This document shows, one piece after another, positions 1-12,088 of a stretch of 64,000 bases of DNA. Source of the stretch: Squalus acanthias (taxonomy: Eukaryota). A program made the position numbers and the translations under genes. Positions within the stretch are counted from its first letter, which is position 1; each line of letters starts with the position of its first letter. The DNA lies in assembly GCA_030390025.1 (NCBI GenBank), contig CM059432.1, positions 115,446,001 to 115,510,000 on the forward strand. The letters run 5' to 3'. The notes beneath the pieces are model-generated. The model searched no databases. It had not been told where the DNA came from and saw nothing but the letters and a program-made list of their open reading frames with translations.

Positions 1-1894
1 GCATCAGCAGATGGTGGAGACAGGATCAGCAGTGGAGAGTCCTCGTCGGAGGGCGCAGGAATCTGCCAGCTCGGCTCAGCTGCATGTCGACCCTGTGCCT
101 CCGGGTCCATCCAGAAGGAGAGCGGTGCTGGAACTCCAGGAACAGGTGCAGGAGTCTCTGGCAGGTTTTGTCTCCAGGGTCGCTGCGAGTGTGGAGCGAA
201 TGGAGGAGTCCATCGCGAACATGAGCAGAACCTTTGTGGAGGCATTGGCGCATGAACACATCACCGCGGAAAGGATGGCAACCTCCGTGGAAAGGATGGC
301 TAACTCCATGGTAAGGCTGGCTACCGTAGAGGAGAGGATGGCTACGGTCATGGAGGAGCTTAGTCGCCAGGGTATGGAAAACATGGTAATTGTTCAGAAT
401 AGAATGACATCTCTTGAGGAGCGATGGTCAGCTATTGAGCATACAAACCAGACCTTCATGGAAGTCCTCTGGAGTAGGACTTCCAGTGCAGAAATGGGTC
501 CTCATGGCCCCCCTGAAGTGCAGCAAGGTGCTGTCAAGCCACTTGCTAGCTCTGAGGTGGGGCTGACCCATGAGGGGGATTTTGGTGGCAGACAACAAGG
601 AATTGGGGACTCCTCTCCAAGCGCTCAGACGACCATGCCATTGCAAAGCCCTCGGTCAGAGCCCCACCAGAGTCCTCACCAACTGAGATGGGCGTCTCAG
701 CCCCTGCATAGCCACAGGAGCAGCAGACTGTTAGCAAGCACGCACAGGTTCACCACCCCAGAGGACGGCCGCCAAAGGCATCGAGACAGGAGCAGCAAGA
801 AAGTGAACAAGGGGCCTCCACATCTGCTGAAGCCACAGGGGAAGCACCACGCAGGAGCACACGTAAGAGGAAGATAAAGCACAAGTAGTCACAAGGGTAG
901 TCACTTGGGTGTTGTGATGTGTTATATTTGGACCAGCCATCATTGTCATTGTATTAAAAACAGATTTGATGGCAAACTGTTGAAGTTGTGGCCTGTGTCA
1001 TTTCGCAAATGGGACTTTCACATTGAGGGCTTAGGGCGCCTTGCAATTGTCAGTATGGTGGTCAGGGTGATAGGAATCCGCAGGTTCTTGTCTATTGTCG
1101 ATGCTCTGGTAAGAAGGTGTGAGACAAAAGTGTTTGATTGTGTAGGCTAACCAAATCTGGCCAAGATGAGTGCGTTCCTTGCATCCCGGGCAGCAATGTT
1201 TTCGCACGCTGGCGCCTTCTGGCCTGTGCAGCTTCAGGTGGGTGACTAGCAGCTTGGCGCTCCTGTTGATGCTCCTGCTGTTGGTGCTGCTGTTGTTCAT
1301 GGTTCTGCGGCTGGTCTTCCTCCGAATCTGATGTCCAGGAGGAAAGGAATTAAATGGTCGCTATGCTTCTGGTATATGCCTCAGTTGAGGAAGTGCTCAG
1401 TCAAGGTGGGGAGAGGGGTTTCCCAGGAGGTCACACTGGAGATGGGTGTCAGGCTCCAAACTTCCACAACAATGAGTAGACCTGCTAAAAGTTCGCCCAG
1501 ACCTGAGACAACAAAGTTCTGCCACCTGCAAATGATCATCGGTGAAAACTCCTTTGTAATGGTGGAGCTGCAGCTGTTACTAAGCAATCCAATTGTGAGG
1601 CCGCCAGGATTACCTGGCGTGTTCCAGAGGAGGCGTGGAGGATGGGGAAAATGTCTAAAAATCGGAAAGGCCTCTCAAAATGGGATAATAGAGGCAATTA
1701 AGTGGTTGTTAAAGGCCTTAAGGGCCTATCCTGCCTCTTGGAGGCAGGATGGAAACGGGGTCAGAAAACACGCATGTGGGAAAATTGCTCGGAGGCAGGA
1801 TAGAGGCTGGATCGGGCCCGCCTGCCATTTTTTGCAATTTTACCACCTCGCACACCTCCAATCCCGCCTCCTCGGGCCTGGCAAAATCTAGCCC
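1..1894 (+). mobile_element. PIF/Harbinger element, right part (left end lies outside the window); internally deleted
   Basis: ORF 11..877 is homologous to the 3' exon of the Myb/SANT gene at 40970-41756 (shared MVETG.A...RRAQ..S..QLH and ..EVQEQVQE.L.GF motifs; same RKRKIKHK-type 3' end in another frame). A transposase 3'-end remnant lies on the minus strand near 1170-1290. The right end GCAAAATCTAGCCC (1881-1894) resembles the other Harbinger TIRs and is followed by ATT. Confidence 0.8.
11..877 (+). pseudogene. 3' exon of a Harbinger accessory (Myb/SANT-like) gene: coiled-coil region, frameshifted near the C-terminus
   Basis: 288-aa ORF with heptad-like repeats (AERMATS/VERMANS/MVRLATV/EERMATV); nucleotide homology to 40970-41760. 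Confidence 0.7.
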
Positions 1895-3090
1895 ATTGAA
1901 TCACTCGATTTCCTGTGTTTACACAGTCTTAACCTAAGCTCTTAGTAGGCACAAAATTCTCCATCACACGGTATTATCAAGTAGTAATCTTACTCAGAGG
2001 CCACAAATGTGGCTGTTGTGGGAAAGTGCAATGGTTCTCTGGGATTAATAATACTACCAATTGTTGAGGCTGAGTAGCAGGACCTCTGCACCACGTATAA
2101 TCCATTGCTATAGCTGGCATGAGCATGTTTAATGTTGACTCTGGCTATCTGCTATTTACAATGGAGCTGCTCCAGGATGCACAGTAGTAACATACCCGAG
2201 GGTAGCAGCTGTAAAATTGACACTTCTTGCTCCACTTAATATGAGATGTTATTAACGTAGGATGTTCTGGAAGAAATGCCTTCCCCTCACCCATTGAGAT
2301 TTGTCTGAAAAATAAACACTACAACAGAGGTCACTGCTTCTTTTTGACTACAGGAACCAGAATCAAATGTGTTCCTGTTTCTCTGACTTAATGTGAGCCA
2401 CAGCATCTGACTAAATAGCTCTACTGACAGGAGAGAATTTCATGTTCTCCTTCTATTCCAACTTATGAAGAGTAAGAGTTGCTAACTGGATGAAATGCTC
2501 ACTAAATTGAAAACTGACTCCTGACACAACTCATCAGTTGTAAGAAGAAAGCAAGCAATCTCCAGCAACCAATGTGTGCGTAATCCAATTATGAGCATGA
2601 ATGAGTTCAAACAGCACACCAAATGGTACCTCTCAAAGAGGTGGTGGAGGGATAAAGGAGGTCTATTCTGCTCAATGAATGTGAGGAAAAGAGTACTTTT
2701 CCATTTTAATGTGGTTCACTTTGGGCCAGCGTGCAAGATTGAACTTGAAAGTGTGACATTTGGTGCAGTGTCAACTGAATAATGTAAACTACCGTGAGAT
2801 GCAAATAATTTAGTTTAAAACAGAATCAACAATTTAATGGTTAACTTTTATTTTTGGTCAATTTGGTGCTAGATATGATGAAGCATGTCAGTGTTGAGCG
2901 AGAGAATGCTCTTCCACTTTAACCACCTAACGCAGCATCAAGCACTCCCAGGTAGTGACAGCCTACACAGGTCAACAGTACTTGAGAACCACAGCTAGAG
3001 AATAGACCCAACCTACAGGCTTCGATATTCATCATATCAACCACCTTTTTGTGGCCGCTCTGAGTGAGGACTGCTAATTAGCATCATATT

Positions 3091-3857
3091 GGGACGGATT
3101 TTGCTCTGAGCGGCAAACAACGGCACCAGTCGTTCGTTAGGCTTGCACTTGCCCATAGACTTTCTATGGGCGTTTGCACTGCAAGTTCCTGTCAGCCAAA
3201 GATACAAAAAACGCAGCACCCTCTGCAGGCATCTGGGACCTGTGTGAACAAAGCAAGCAACTGCGTATCTCCTTAACCAATCAGATTGAAGAATCGTTAC
3301 TGAGCAGAGCAGAGTCTGAACCAGGAAGTGTAAGTTAGAATATTCAATTCAATGTCAAATCAGGTACAGAAAACAAAATAAAGAGAGGGAAAGAAAGATT
3401 GGCTTGAGTGATAAAAGAGACAGAAAGAAAAAAAGTAAAACAAAATATTTTATTTAAATTGTTTTAAAAAAATCTTCAACAATAATTAAAATCTGAAGGA
3501 ATGAGACCACGCTTGTAAAAGTTCATTTTCTGTGCCAGATAATAATTAATTGGCAATAATTAAGACTTACCACACTATTAAAAGTGGACAAGCCCTAACT
3601 TTTTCTGGTGCGTTTAGTCTGTAACTATGAGGTAAGTACAGCAACTTCACACCATTCAATGTATTTGAATGGTGAGTCAGACGGCAAGAAACAGTTTTTG
3701 GGAAACATTGGGAGGAACAGGGTATCTCGGACAACAACTTCCAGAATTCTATGTTTAACTGCATATGTGCGGTCAGCAGAGGTTGCTGTCTGATTTGCAC
3801 GTAAGTAATGGTGAGTGCTGTTAGCCTCACCATGATTTTTACAGCAAAAACTGGCCC
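3091..3857 (+). mobile_element. Non-autonomous Harbinger-like MITE (family A), uninterrupted copy
   Basis: Imperfect TIRs GGGACGGATTTTGCT / AGCAAAAACTGGCCC; perfect 3-bp TSD ATT (3088-3090, 3858-3860); homologous to 11861-14740 and 38572-44449. Confidence 0.75.
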
Positions 3858-4079
3858 ATTATGAGAGGTTTTGTGTTGTGGATTCATACCTACTAAGATC
3901 CTTACAGCTGGCAGAGGGAGGAGACTTATGGCTCATTCATCTACGCTACATACACTCCCATTACTCAGAGTGAGTGTTCTAACCCATTGTACCACCCAGT
4001 TCCCAGTTCATTGTTCAGTTTTTTTTTTGAGTTTCCATGCTTCCTTCCTCCAGTACCCAATACCGCACCCAAGTATGTG

Positions 4080-4372
4080 AGCCTGGGCACAGAACCTGAG
4101 CAAGCTATTGAATCACAGGCATCAGAGTGCATCGCAATCCTGTCCTCACCTGACATTTGAATATGTGCACTTCTGGTAGAAGATACTAGATAGCAATCTG
4201 GAGTAGGAACGCTGTCTAATTTTCATCTTCCTATTGGAAGGACACAAAGATCAATTGTATCACCCCTAACAGCAGCCTGCCTGGTCAGCTAGCTCAGCAC
4301 AGACCAGGGATTGAACCTGTGAGCTTCCTAGTCTTTATGGCTCAGCTAATCATTGGATAACCTCACTGAGTT
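4080..4372 (-). mobile_element. Old tRNA-headed SINE-like repeat (family shared with ~11590-11850 and ~63610-63800)
   Basis: Minus strand reads CTGAGCCATAAAGACTAGG...GGTTCAATCCCTGGTCTGTGCTGAGCTAGC, with a B-box-like motif; a similar motif occurs at 63613 on the plus strand. Boundaries approximate. Confidence 0.45.
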
Positions 4373-5825
4373 AGCAGTTTAAATCCATAATTGGGAGCAA
4401 TTTACAAAAATAGTGACAAAAAGAAATCAGAGTTCAATCTTTGCTGTTAATTTATAAATTCTACACACAGGATTTAATATCCATATTTTCAAAGAAACAT
4501 CCTTTCTACTGAACTGTCATTGCCCTCCTTGTAATTCATATTTCTTCCTTTATTAAGTAATTTGAGCATAAATATATGTTTACAGTTTATGCCCCATTTT
4601 CAGAACTTCTGATTTGCTGTCCTTTTCCCTTTTTTTCTAATTTCTCCACCACTGACTGTCACACATGAAGAAAGGATAGTTGGACACGGTACCAGACAAG
4701 GTGTCAATTCCTTTAAGAAACGAGGAGTGAAAGGGAGAATAAGGATACAATAGGAAGAGGGAAAGAAAAATACACAAAAGTGAGAATTTTGTCTGCATAT
4801 TGTAGGGGGGCGGGTTTGAAAAATTGGGCCCATTGTCTTTCTCTCCCTTCCTATTAAAAGTTCTTTATATTATCACTGTTGTTTGACTATTGTGATATTG
4901 GTATTCTGTAAATAGATATAGCAGGATATGTGAAATATGATAGCCATAACCCTCAATGAAACAGAAAATGGATCAAGACCATTAAAATACATTTTACATG
5001 GGCAAAGGAAGTTACATTATTGGCAAAAACTATATACAGAATAATAGATACCTAGAGTGATTACAAGGCAGTAATCTCATCAAGTGGTTCAGGTGACAGT
5101 ATAACCTATGAGAATGAGGCATGGGCACTTTATAATAGCCATCTAAACCCAGAGATGAAATTACAGCCTTGAAGTCACCCTCATGTATCTTTTTTTTTCT
5201 TTTTAATATATAAATTAAAACTTGTGGGGTTATTTTGTTGAGTTTTTCTTTTGCAATAGCAGCAAGTGCCATGGCAGACGGCAAAAGCCAATGAGTTCCA
5301 CATCACTGATCCACAAGAATGTCGGCATTAAAGGATTAATAATTGGGACATAATCACTGCAAAATTATCAAAATATAATCTCCACTTGATTACTTGGAAA
5401 TAACAGTCAGTATACAAAATGTTATATCACATGTATGAAAAGTTATGGGGGTACTGTGTAAGGTATAAAAATGCCATTAGCTTCTGTCCAAACTATGTTG
5501 GAGCCGTCACATTCTGTTCTAACTGTCAGGCCCTTGGTCTGTTAGTGTGTCAGTGCATTTTAGCCCATGGTACTAATTCGATCAAACAAAAAGTTAATAT
5601 AAATGGAAGCAAATGAATAAATCTTCGCCCTTACATATTTCAACCTCCTGCCTGCCTCCTTTTTCTCCGCGGTCTGGGTAGAGGAGTTAGCTGTTGCTCT
5701 CTAGTTTGAACTTCTCAAACACCAGTAATTAGGATGCAGGCCATAGCAATCACTGTCCACATCATGTGGCCTCAACAACAAAAAAAGACTGTGTTCAGAA
5801 TGCCAAAGCAAGACACAGGCACTCA

Positions 5826-5849
5826 AACACTCACACACACACACACACA
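5826..5849. repeat. (CA)n microsatellite
   Basis: acactcacacacacacacacaca. Confidence 0.85.
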
Positions 5850-7516
5850 TTTGGAATCAGTACATAAATAAAAATGTGATCTTATTTTAATACATTTTTT
5901 ACAATATGCATTGTGGATTATAAGCAGCTCACACAACCCTAGAGTGGTGGGGAATGACAAATACAGCACTCATGAAATTGACCCTACACGTCAACCTGCC
6001 TGTGGCGCTCAAGAGTTAATAGGCCGAACATTGCTCAATAGTGTATTTTTCATACACCATGACTTCCATCATGGACTTTTATATAATTGTGAACATTTTA
6101 AGGGGAAACATGAAGGATACAATGTTGTAAAATCCCCTACTGTGTTATCAGTTGAGATAGTTTCATGTCTATGTGACTACTCCATAGAACACTAGTTCCC
6201 ATAAATAGATCTCATACCAGTTTTATCTGACCATATGGAAAAGTATTTCTCAATACATGCACACTGACCTGGATGTATTTGTCTAAATTATTTTTTTTCT
6301 CTTTTACACATTAAACTACATTGAAACTGCAAGCTTCTGGATAACCTTTTCACCTTCACAAATCTATATCCCGGTTTAAAATGTACAATTTCCAGGAAAA
6401 CATAAACTATATATTGTCTTACATTGCTTTTTTCTTACTTGATGACTCGTCAAATATCGCACCGATATTGCATTCTACTAATGTACACCATGCACAGCAG
6501 ATGTAACATAAGAAAATCAAAATTTCAAGCACACGGTCAGACAACCAAGACAGAGAAGTTTAACATCCATTTCAGAAAAGGTCAAAATGCTTGGTTTAAA
6601 ATGTTTTTTTTTTCTTAAAGATGGAAAATTTTCATACACTCAGATATAAGACCCCAACTCAAAAAGTTAGCACATTCTTAAAACTGTCACCCCACCTTAC
6701 ACAGCACTTCAGAACTTGGGATAAGATACACTTAGTGTACAACTTTTAATATCATTCTGCAACCCAAACAGCGAAGCATCACACAACGAGCATCACGCAA
6801 CAAACTGTGCCATTAAAAAGCCAGGAAACTGAACTGAGGCAGATTCACCAGCAGGTAACTAATACTTCATATTCTTCTTGCATTCTCTGAATCCACAATC
6901 TAAATAATTAAAGAAGACACTGGACCCATCAATTTAATTTTTAAAGAAAACATTACAAGAGCAAGCAATCCTCTCTTATCACAATGAAGAGATAATGATG
7001 ATATGAATTTCAGAGCAAATGTAAATGTATTAAGAGACTGAATAACTAGTAGGAAGACGGCAGCATTTTGGAGTAAGTGAATTAATTTAAAATGCATAAC
7101 CACTGCAACACTTCAGTGGAGTATGACACCAACACCTTTCAACTAGCTCCAGCTGCTGCAGGTGACTTTGCCTTATAATCGTTTTGAGGTTCAGGTTACC
7201 ATAATAATGAAATGACCAGAAATAGAAGCAATTAACTTGATGAACTGTTAAATGACTTGATAACCTCCTATACTTTCTTAAACACACAATGTAAATTGTC
7301 CCAGTTCTGGCTACCTATGCTCTGTGGCCTTTAGTTCTCCATTGCTCTCTCGCTCTCTGTGCAGGGCTGTTGCTCAGTCTCAAGAGTTTTAGCTCCGGGT
7401 TGTGGTGAGGGTCAGGGCTCTGATTCTGCCTACAGAGTGTGGCTGTGGCTGTGTGGCTCAGACGTTTGCCTTTTTTTGGTTGTGACTGTAGCCCGAGTCT
7501 GGGCTGTGCTGGGCTG

Positions 7517-7545
7517 GGCGCTGTCCGCTGCTGTGTGGTGCTGAA
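7517..7545 (-). promoter_or_regulatory. Non-canonical RE1/NRSE (REST) site with 10-bp spacer, RIMS2 intron 1
   Basis: Minus strand: TTCAGCACC-ACACAGCAGC-GGACAGCGCC. Both half-sites match the RE1 consensus exactly; the spacer is 10 bp instead of 2. Confidence 0.75.
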
Positions 7546-8076
7546 AGCCCCGTCGCCACCACCCCCGAGGCCCGCCTGTCAGCAGCCGCTCTCACAGGCG
7601 CTGATACCGCTCACTGCACCCACCGCTCCGGCTTCAGCTCGGCGCAGGCGGGGCGGTAAACACTGGGTCCGAGGGCCGGGGGAGGGGGGAGGAGAGAAAG
7701 AGAGCAGGGGAGAGGATTGACATTATAATCACTTCAATTCCAAAGACATTTGCATAAAAATGCACAAAGGAAAAACCCAAACCCTTGCACAGCTCTAGTG
7801 GGGATTCAGCATTTGGAATAAAGTGAAACAACTCAGAGTCTCCTTTTGCTGAAATTTCAGGCGGAAGATGGCGGCGGGAAAACCCAACCCAGGGCTGCAG
7901 GCCAAATGTTGCAAATAAAAATAAACCCCTTTGCATGTCTGTGGGTGTTGTTATTTGCAATGTGTGTGTGGGTTTTTGTTTTCGTATTTGCATCGGGCTT
8001 TTTGTTTTGGTTGCAATTGGAGTTTTAAAAAATGTATTACCCACCCAACACACACAATGATTTGTAATGTTCCTAC

Positions 8077-8324
8077 CTGAGCATGGACTGTTCCTTCTCT
8101 TCCTCCTGGCGTTGCCGGTCCATGACGGCCAGGATGATCTTCCTCTCCTCCTCGGTGAGGTGGCTGAGGTCCGGCATTTGGGACATGTCGGCGGCGGCGG
8201 CGGTGGCAGCGGCGGCGGGAGGAGGAGGAGGAGGAGCCGCCGCCGAAGCAAGGAGAGATGGATGAGGGTGAGGAGGGGCAGGGCCGGGCTGGCGAGGGCC
8301 CCCAGGCCCGGGCGGAGCCGACAT
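8077..8324 (-). CDS. RIMS2: Regulating synaptic membrane exocytosis 2 (RIM2-alpha), first coding exon (N-terminal Rab-binding helix)
   Basis: ATG at 8324 (aagATG). Translation MSAPPGPGGPR...MPDLSHLTEEERKIILAVMDRQRQEEEKEQSML matches the RIMS2 N-terminus (KIILAVMDRQ..EEEKEQS, unlike RIMS1 NIIMAVMDRQ..EEA). Phase-2 donor AG|GTAGGA at 8077/8076; DCAF13 lies upstream as in other vertebrates. Confidence 0.95.
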
Positions 8325-8325
8325 C

Positions 8326-8356
8326 TTTATTAATAATAATAATGATGATGATGATA
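8326..8356. repeat. Compound (ATC)n(ATT)n microsatellite immediately 5' of the RIMS2 ATG
   Basis: Plus strand tttattaataataataatgatgatgatgata. Confidence 0.8.
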
Positions 8357-9656
8357 TAAGGGGGTTGGGAGGGGGAACCACACACACACGCACCCCACTA
8401 ACAATTGGAGGAGGAAGAGATGGGGAGGAGAGGAGGGCGCTGGCCGGCTGCGAGTCCCGGGCTCGAGTGCTGGAGCAGGCGGCGGTCACAGCGCCCAGTC
8501 ACAGCCGCACCGAGATCACCCCCACCGCTCGCTGCAATTCGCTTCATAATTCTCTCTCTCCATTTATGCATGTGCACTTTACAGGAAAGGAGGGGAGGGG
8601 GAGGGAAATCCGCAACAGAAAAAACCACTATGTGAGTTAGGAAGGGCGATGCATTGTAGCTTGTTGTCTCTCTCGCTCTGTCTGCTAACCCAGCATCAGC
8701 ACCTTATTTTTTTCGTTGCATCCAGCCCCCCATCGCCTCCCCTTGTGCAGAGAGGGAAAAAAATTGGAGGGAGGAGGGGGAAATACAAAAGAAAGCCACC
8801 CCCCACCCCTCAAACAAAAAGTTCAATTTTTTTTAAAGGAAAGAGAAGGCGGAGTCTAGTCCGGAGATGTAGCACACACAGACAGAGAGCTGGAAGGGTG
8901 TATTGACTGGCAGGGTGTGAGTGAGAGGGAGAGAGGCAGAGCCCAAGCGCGCCTTCATTGACAGCCAACTCCCCGCAAACTCCGGAGCGGATTATCGATC
9001 AGGACCTGGAGCGCTTGTCAAATGGGACTGGGCTCAGCTCCCGCACCAACCCTCCCCTTATCCTGTCTGACCCAGGCACCAATCTAATTCTGCTCGGCAT
9101 CATTGTGATGAGATTCAATTTAAAGGTCGGTTCTATCTGCCGTGATTAAAAATCGGTTTGCATGCATGCATCTTTTTTTCTCTCTCTCTGGAAGACACTA
9201 TTGAGTCACACAGCAGCATGAGCATTAATCATCATTTTTTATCATTAAGTTTCAGACCCATTTATCTTTTGCTGGCTATGAGAGAAGACTTAGCGGGATA
9301 AGGCTTATGGTCGCTTTATACATATGACATGTCTATCATTTTGCGCCACACTTCTTTGGATTAAACGCCTAGTCAGTTCTATACTTTTAAATCACCAAAA
9401 AATAAGCCCACCATTTCAGGGGCCCAATTTAGTGTCACGCACACGTTGTGACGATGAATCGGATTTATTTATCCAAGAACAATTTAAATTTGCCTTCCAA
9501 GGGTGAAGTAAAATGACATCGGTTTAAAGAAACGCTCTTAAACTATAAGCAAATAAATTGTGGGTGTTGTTTATAATTTTAAAAATACAGGAAGTGGAAT
9601 ATTTAAATCACGTCCCCTGGATACCCTTGCATGCTCAAGTTGCATGTGGTTGCGAA

Positions 9657-9677
9657 TACAGGACCTCGGACAGCGAC
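9657..9677 (+). promoter_or_regulatory. Canonical-spacing RE1/NRSE (REST) site upstream of RIMS2
   Basis: TACAGGACCTCGGACAGCGAC matches TTCAGCACCACGGACAGCGCC at 17/21 positions; an extra right half-site GGACAGTGCC sits at 9709-9718. Confidence 0.65.
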
Positions 9678-10454
9678 CAGCGTGGCTGTACTCTCCCAAA
9701 ACGAGCCAGGACAGTGCCTGTCATATACTTCAGATAACTTCCTTAATATATCCCTTTGACTGTATGGATCTTCAGCTTCACGAAGAACATTTACTTGACT
9801 GAGTGCATACTTCGATTAACAGCTATGAAAAAAAAATAACAAACACAAAGCTTTAACTGGACAGTAAATTGGCATATTTTTATTCGGGGCTATTGTAAAA
9901 GATCTGACAGCACAGGGAAGGAAGAGCATTAAGTGCTCAAATGTTGACAGGCCTGTATAGAATTATTTCCTCTCGACTTCAGAGACGGTCAGGAATAAAT
10001 TACGCTGACTTGCACAAGTCGACAGTAACTCCCATGATAGGAAGTCATCTCATAAAACTGTGCAAAAGCTCAATGAGTTTCCCAAGGACTTTACAATCGG
10101 TTCAAGTGAAATCCTTAAATTTTAGAGCCAGTCAAGACCACACAGACACACATATATATCACATATAATATATCAATCGTCAGAAATAAGTTTACTGAAT
10201 CAGAGAAATGGAACAAAAACCTTTTATTGAAAACCTATTTGGTTATAATGTTTAGCCAATGATATATTAAACTAACAGAGCTATCAAAAGGCTCGGAAAC
10301 GGGTTGGGCCATACAAATAACTATTTTCATATGGATATATATTGGGATTATTTTGTTGCACCAGTAAGGTGATTAATACGAAGATACAGTTAACCAGAAT
10401 TTACACAATTTACACCAAGGCTGTGAAAGAAAACATGAGAACTTTGCTGTAGAG

Positions 10455-10645
10455 ATGAAAAGTAAAAACAAAACTGCAAATGCTGGAAATATGCAGGAAA
10501 GGCAGGAAATACTCGAAGTATACAGCATTGGAAAAGATAGATGAACGTTCTGGGTATTCTGACCAAGGGTCTACCCCCGAAAAGGCTGGTCTATCTCCTC
10601 TGTGCAGTGGCCTACTGTGTATTTCCAATAGTTTCTGTTTTTATA
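10455..10645. mobile_element. Short Penelope-derived repeat with a decayed hammerhead-like core, loosely palindromic
   Basis: CTGACCAAGGGTCTACCCCCGAAA at ~10559-10582; flanks are imperfectly inverted (AAATGCTGGAAATA / TATTTCCAATAGTTT); same family as 23646-24050. Confidence 0.5.
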
Positions 10646-11589
10646 GCACTTGTAGTATATATTCAAATGAATTAAAAATCGTTACTTTCTGCATTCTCAG
10701 TAAATTATCTCATAGGCTTTCGTCGCAATGCCCTGAACAGTATCCTTTGCTCAACAATAATTAAAAGAAAATCTAAATGACCCTTTAAGACCCCCTTTCA
10801 CTTCCAACCATCAGGAAATGTCAATTAATGATCTTTTGTTAATTGTGCGAAGTCTAACAGATACTATGCACAAATCCTGATATATGATTGCATCCAAGTA
10901 TAAAAATAAATGGGTTTCTGAGGTGGACAGAATCAGTATTCTAGCCCATAAAACATTGGAAATTGATCTGTATACGCATTTCCTGTGTACGGTCTAAATG
11001 CCTTGGAAACGTATCGATATCAGAGCCTTCGTAGCACTTCGCCATATTGAATGGGAGTTGCTGAGGGAAAACAGCCCATTTCAGCAGCAAAAGCCCCGCT
11101 TTCCAATACGGCACATTAGAAACTGGAAGAGTAATGTGACGAGTGCAATTAACCCGGGGAAAAGCCTCCGTGTCTGACTGTTCATATTCACAAATATTTA
11201 AAAGTCAGGAGCATTCGCGGGAGCAAGGACATACAAGAAAAACAGAAGTTACTATAATTTAGAAATCTGAATTTAACCAGGAGCCTTGCCACGGAGCGCT
11301 ATGCCATCATATGATATGTGCAGACCTTCAGTTGTTATTTGTGTTCCACAAGGATACGCCATTCTCGGAATTACTTCATTAAAGCAACTGCAAGGGCAAT
11401 TTTCAAAGGGTGGTTGGAAGGAGAAGCTCCCTCCCTCCACTTCAGAGTTTAGGATCGTTCCTATATATTTCTCCTAATTCCCTCTCTTCATTCTCGTCTC
11501 CTGACGGTGGTGACTCATGCTAAGATAAAGTACCAGAGGCACCGGCACCCCTCTAATAATTTGCTGAAATGGCCATTCTTCACGTCTGA

Positions 11590-11850
11590 ATGTGGCTGGG
11601 CTACTTAGACCAGGGGATGGGTGAAGGGGATCACAGCTAAGCCTGATCATGGCTTCATCTGACATTCACACGTGCACTCTCTCCATCCAGGCTAGCTACT
11701 TATTGACCAGCAACTAATCTTTGTGTTCCCCCCCAACCCTACCCTGATCTCAGAGGTGTGGACACCAATGATGGCACCTGTACTGGCACCTGGCTGAGAT
11801 CAGCACAGACCCAGTATGGAGCACTGAACCTCTGTGCAGCTCACTGCACC
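11590..11850 (-). mobile_element. Old SINE-like repeat (same family as 4080-4372)
   Basis: Shared motifs (TCAGCACAGACC; CTGACATT...GTGCACT). Confidence 0.4.
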
Positions 11851-12088
11851 ACTGCACAACGGGGCCAGATTCTTCTCTCAAAGTAACAGTGAAGCTAATG
11901 GCGCGCGCCGTTATATATGTGCAAATGGTACAGCAACTTCAGGCCAGCGGAAGATGCGCAGTTAAACACGATTATATCCAAAAGTTGCTGTCCAAGTTGA
12001 TCCACTCCGCTGTTAGCTTCTCGAAAACGGCATCTCGCTGTCTGCCTCACTATTGAAATGCACTGAATGGCGTGAAGTTGCTGTATTT

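Larger units (their letters stand above)
7480..9060. promoter_or_regulatory. CpG island / promoter region of RIMS2
   Basis: Marked GC and CpG enrichment around the first coding exon against an AT-rich, CpG-poor background. Boundaries and TSS are approximate. Confidence 0.75.

Noticed and set aside
11..877. 288-aa ORF as a novel host gene in the RIMS2 intron
   Set aside because: Homologous to the Harbinger accessory-gene exon at 40970-41756 and bounded by a TIR.
6857..6890. Possible 34-nt minus-strand micro-exon of RIMS2 (TTTAG|ATTG...TGAA|GTATTA)
   Set aside because: Weak donor, length not a multiple of 3, and no match to RIMS2 sequence I recall.
7634..8640. Multiple overlapping ORFs around RIMS2 exon 1
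   Set aside because: By-products of GC-rich triplet repeats; only the 8324-8077 frame matches a known protein and has a splice donor.
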